From Ignavibacteriota bacterium (lineage in GTDB: Bacteria; Bacteroidota; Ignavibacteria; UBA10030; UBA6906), in the NCBI GenBank assembly GCA_003162635.1, contig PMNE01000065.1, positions 50,398 to 114,397 of the forward strand: a DNA stretch of 64,000 nucleotides, given 5' to 3'. Positions 61,317-64,000 of this stretch are shown in pieces. Made by a program: the position numbers and the translations under genes. Numbering within the stretch: the first letter of the stretch is position 1; every line of letters begins with the position of its first letter. The notes under the pieces were generated by a model. That model was not told the DNA's origin. It saw only the letters and a program-made list of their open reading frames with translations, and made no database searches.

Positions 61317-62681
61317 TTACGCCGGCCCTTCTCCTTCTTGTCCTGCATGGAACTGAAACGTATCGAGGAAGCTCGTGTCGAACTTGCCGCTCCTGAACCT
61401 TTCGTCCGCCATCACTTGCCTGTGAAACGGAACGGTCGTCTTGATCCCTTCGATGACAAACTCCTCAAGCGCACCGGCCATCTTCTGGATGGCTCCTTCA
61501 CGGGTCTGTGCGTACACAATTAGTTTTGCGATCAACGAATCGTAGTAGGGGGGGACGACATAGTCCGTGTATGCATGAGTGTCGACGCGCACGCCGAATC
61601 CACCGGGGATATGGAAATCTTTGATCCTCCCCGGTGATGGGCGGAATCCGGCTGCCGGATCCTCCGCATTGACCCGGCATTCGATGGCATGACCCCGGGG
61701 AACGATCTTCTTCTTCGGCAGGCGTTCCCCCGCGGCCACACGGAACTGGAGCTTGATCAGGTCGTGTCCCGTCACTTGTTCGGTCACGGGATGTTCGACC
61801 TGAATCCGCGTGTTCATTTCCATGAAATAAAAATTCCGGTCCTTGTCGACCAGGAATTCGACCGTGCCGGCGTTGAGATAATTGACGGATTTGCATCCCC
61901 TGACCGCGGCTTCCCCCATGCGGGTCCGGAGCTCGTCGTCAACCACCGGCGAGGGAGCTTCTTCAATGAGTTTCTGATGGCGTCGCTGCACCGAGCAGTC
62001 GCGCTCGCCAAAGTGGATCACATTCCCGTGGCGGTCGCCGAAGACCTGGATCTCGACGTGGCGGGGCTGATCGACGTACTTCTCGATGTACACGTCCGGA
62101 TTGTTGAATCCCTGCTCCGCCTCGTGCTGGGCAATCTTGAAAGCGGTTTCGAACTCCGAATCCTCCCTGACGATCCTCATGCCGCGCCCCCCTCCCCCTG
62201 CGACGGCTTTGATGATGACGGGAAGTCCGATGGCCCGGGCGATCTCCAGCCCTTCTCCTGCAGTCTTCACGACGCCTTCGCTCCCGGGAACGACAGGAAC
62301 GCCGGCATTCTTCATTGTCTCCTTCGCGACCGCCTTGTCCCCCATGGCTCTGATCATTTCCGGGGTGGGCCCGATGAAGGTGATCCCAGAGGAGTCGCAG
62401 ATCTCGGCAAAGGCGGCATTCTCGGCCAGGAAGCCATAGCCCGGGTGGATCGCATCGGCCCCCGTGATCTCCGCTGCTGCGATGATTCTCGGAATTTTCA
62501 GGTAGCTCTCGCGACTGTTCGGCGGACCAATACACACCGCCTCGTCGGCGAAGCGCACGTGCAGGGAGTCGCGGTCGGCGGTCGAATAGACCGCAACGGT
62601 TTTGATCCCAAACTGCTTGCAGACGCGGACGACGCGGAGGGCAATCTCCCCCCTGTTCGCGATGAGGACTTTCTTGAACAC
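61317..62681 (-). CDS. accC: acetyl-CoA carboxylase biotin carboxylase subunit
   Basis: 454 aa; canonical ATP-grasp biotin carboxylase. Confidence 0.93.
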   Translation of the reverse strand: MFKKVLIANRGEIALRVVRVCKQFGIKTVAVYSTADRDSLHVRFADEAVCIGPPNSRESYLKIPRIIAAAEITGADAIHPGYGFLAENAAFAEICDSSGITFIGPTPEMIRAMGDKAVAKETMKNAGVPVVPGSEGVVKTAGEGLEIARAIGLPVIIKAVAGGGGRGMRIVREDSEFETAFKIAQHEAEQGFNNPDVYIEKYVDQPRHVEIQVFGDRHGNVIHFGERDCSVQRRHQKLIEEAPSPVVDDELRTRMGEAAVRGCKSVNYLNAGTVEFLVDKDRNFYFMEMNTRIQVEHPVTEQVTGHDLIKLQFRVAAGERLPKKKIVPRGHAIECRVNAEDPAAGFRPSPGRIKDFHIPGGFGVRVDTHAYTDYVVPPYYDSLIAKLIVYAQTREGAIQKMAGALEEFVIEGIKTTVPFHRQVMADERFRSGKFDTSFLDTFQFHAGQEGEGPA

Positions 62682-62710
62682 CCTGGGCTCCGGTTGGCGG
62701 ATGGAGGAGC

Positions 62711-63190
62711 TTATGACTTTTCGACAAGAAAGAGCGTCTGGTCGTATTCGACCGGCTGGCCGTTCTCCGCAAGGATCTTGACGATCTTGCCGGCCACATC
62801 CGCTTCAATCTCGTTCATGAGCTTCATGGCTTCGATGATGCACAGAGCGGTGCCGGGTTGGATGGAGGATCCCACCTGGACAAAGGGGACGGCATCGGGC
62901 GACGGCGCCCGATAGAAGGTTCCGACAATAGGCGATTTGATCTCATGGTACCCTGCTCCTTCCGGTGAGGGAGGGGTAGCGGAGGGGAAAGCGACGGAAG
63001 GAGGCGTCACCGGCACCCCCTGCACCGCAACGGGGTTCACACCGAAGGGGGGATACCACGAGGGAACCTCAGGGGCAGTCGCGGCGTGCCTGGCAAGCCG
63101 GATCCTCTTTCCCTCTTCCTCAATCTCGATCTCGTCAACTTCGCTTTCCGAGAGCAGTTTCATCAGTCTCTTCACGTAATTCAGATCCAT
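62711..63190 (-). CDS. accB: biotin carboxyl carrier protein
   Basis: ORF from 63226; start MDLNYVKRL at 63190; biotinyl motif [11 protein letters not shown]. Confidence 0.9.
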   Translation of the reverse strand: MDLNYVKRLMKLLSESEVDEIEIEEEGKRIRLARHAATAPEVPSWYPPFGVNPVAVQGVPVTPPSVAFPSATPPSPEGAGYHEIKSPIVGTFYRAPSPDAVPFVQVGSSIQPGTALCIIEAMKLMNEIEADVAGKIVKILAENGQPVEYDQTLFLVEKS

Positions 63191-63247
63191 GCAGTCTCCA
63201 CGTTGGTCAGACACACACGAGAGCACACCCGGACGTCCTGCCCCACG

Positions 63248-63811
63248 TCACCCCTTGACACGTTCGATATACCCCCCGGATCGCGTATCGATCTTGACAA
63301 CATCCCCTTCGTTGATGAAGAGGGGGACATTTACGGTCGCCCCTGTCTCCACATGGGCCGGCTTGGTCCCCGGATTCGCACTGTCCCCTTTGACCCCGGG
63401 GACGGTCTCCGTGACGCGAAGTTCCACGGTGATGGGAAGTTCAATGCCGGTGATCTCGGCCCCGTTGAAGAGGATGTCGACCGATTCGCCGTCCTTAAGG
63501 AACTTTGCTCCCTCACCAACTTCCGATTCCTGCACGCTCATCTGCTCGTAGTTTTCCTTGTCCATGAAGACGCAGCCGCTTCCGTCGCGGAAGAGGAATT
63601 GGAATTCCTTCCGTTCGATCCGGATCGTTTCGATGGCTTCACCGGCCCGGAAGCGGTTTTCTATGACCTTGCCGCTTTTGACGTTCTTCAGCTTCGTCCT
63701 CACAAATGCACGCCAGTTGCCGGGATTCACATGCTGGAACTCGATGATCTGCCACAACTCGTTGTTGTACTTGATGACCAGGCCGGGCCGGAAATCGGAT
63801 GTCGAAGGCAT
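63248..63811 (-). CDS. efp: elongation factor P
   Basis: 187 aa; canonical EF-P. Confidence 0.93.
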   Translation of the reverse strand: MPSTSDFRPGLVIKYNNELWQIIEFQHVNPGNWRAFVRTKLKNVKSGKVIENRFRAGEAIETIRIERKEFQFLFRDGSGCVFMDKENYEQMSVQESEVGEGAKFLKDGESVDILFNGAEITGIELPITVELRVTETVPGVKGDSANPGTKPAHVETGATVNVPLFINEGDVVKIDTRSGGYIERVKG

Positions 63812-63955
63812 AACTCGTTGAATTTATTGGCGTAACAGTAAAGAAAGGCAATAATTATACACAATCCCCTGCACATTGTCAAGGAATGCCGGGTGCGGCG
63901 CGGGATCCGCCCCTTCAAGGTTGAATTGCCCGCATTTTTTCCCTATGATGATATC

Positions 63956-64000
63956 ATGAGACTCTTTTCCTCTCTCCTGCTCCTCTTTTCCTTCATGGGT
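63956..64000 (+). CDS. possible start of a secreted-protein gene truncated by window end
   Basis: ATG 63956 then MRLFSSLLLLFSFMG... hydrophobic signal-peptide-like run to the window edge. Confidence 0.25.
   Translation, partial: MRLFSSLLLLFSFMG

Overview
This 64 kb window is GC-rich (roughly 60-65% by eye) and looks like core bacterial chromosome. Nearly all genes lie on the minus strand. No rRNA, tRNA, CRISPR array, transposase or integrase was recognised, and Shine-Dalgarno sites and sigma70-like promoters are present. GTG and TTG start codons are frequent (the ORF track prints them as M).

Gene content from the left edge to the right edge:
- A lysS fragment that the ORF track misses because it runs off the window start.
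- A large sensor PP2C phosphatase, a cNMP-gated K-channel homologue, a TPM-domain membrane protein, two GNATs and rluB-like.
- scpB-scpA, trpS, a standalone HNH endonuclease, degP, recO, an MtnA-like isomerase with a PfkB kinase, NUDIX, a second pseudouridine synthase, DedA, a TrmH-family methyltransferase and a methylmalonyl-CoA mutase catalytic subunit.
- comEC, a metalloenzyme-superfamily protein, a secreted unknown, dtd, prmC, an MFS transporter, an amidohydrolase, mazG and phoH.
- An Lpp-like lipoprotein and a coiled-coil LysM protein behind a near-consensus promoter, then radC.
- A TPR/periplasmic-binding-protein fusion with an ABC permease and ATPase.
- A shikimate cluster tyrA-aroC(+chorismate mutase domain)-aroA-aroD/E fusion-aroB.
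- A nearly complete futalosine menaquinone cluster: menG/ubiE, GNAT, MqnA/D-like, two radical-SAM MqnC/E-like genes (one fused to an MqnA/D-like domain), then UbiD-, UbiX- and UbiA-like genes.
- guaA, then a P-loop protein of the cyclic-2,3-diphosphoglycerate-synthetase family next to carbamate kinase and ornithine carbamoyltransferase.
- pheA (no CM domain), gcvP, gcvH, accC, accB and efp.

The most notable observations:
- domain fusions in aromatic and menaquinone biosynthesis;
- the CpgS-like/carbamate kinase/OTC trio;
- the Lpp-like/LysM operon;
- a selfish-looking HNH gene with its own consensus promoter.

Many very long antisense ORFs (up to 1053 aa) are codon-bias shadows, not genes.
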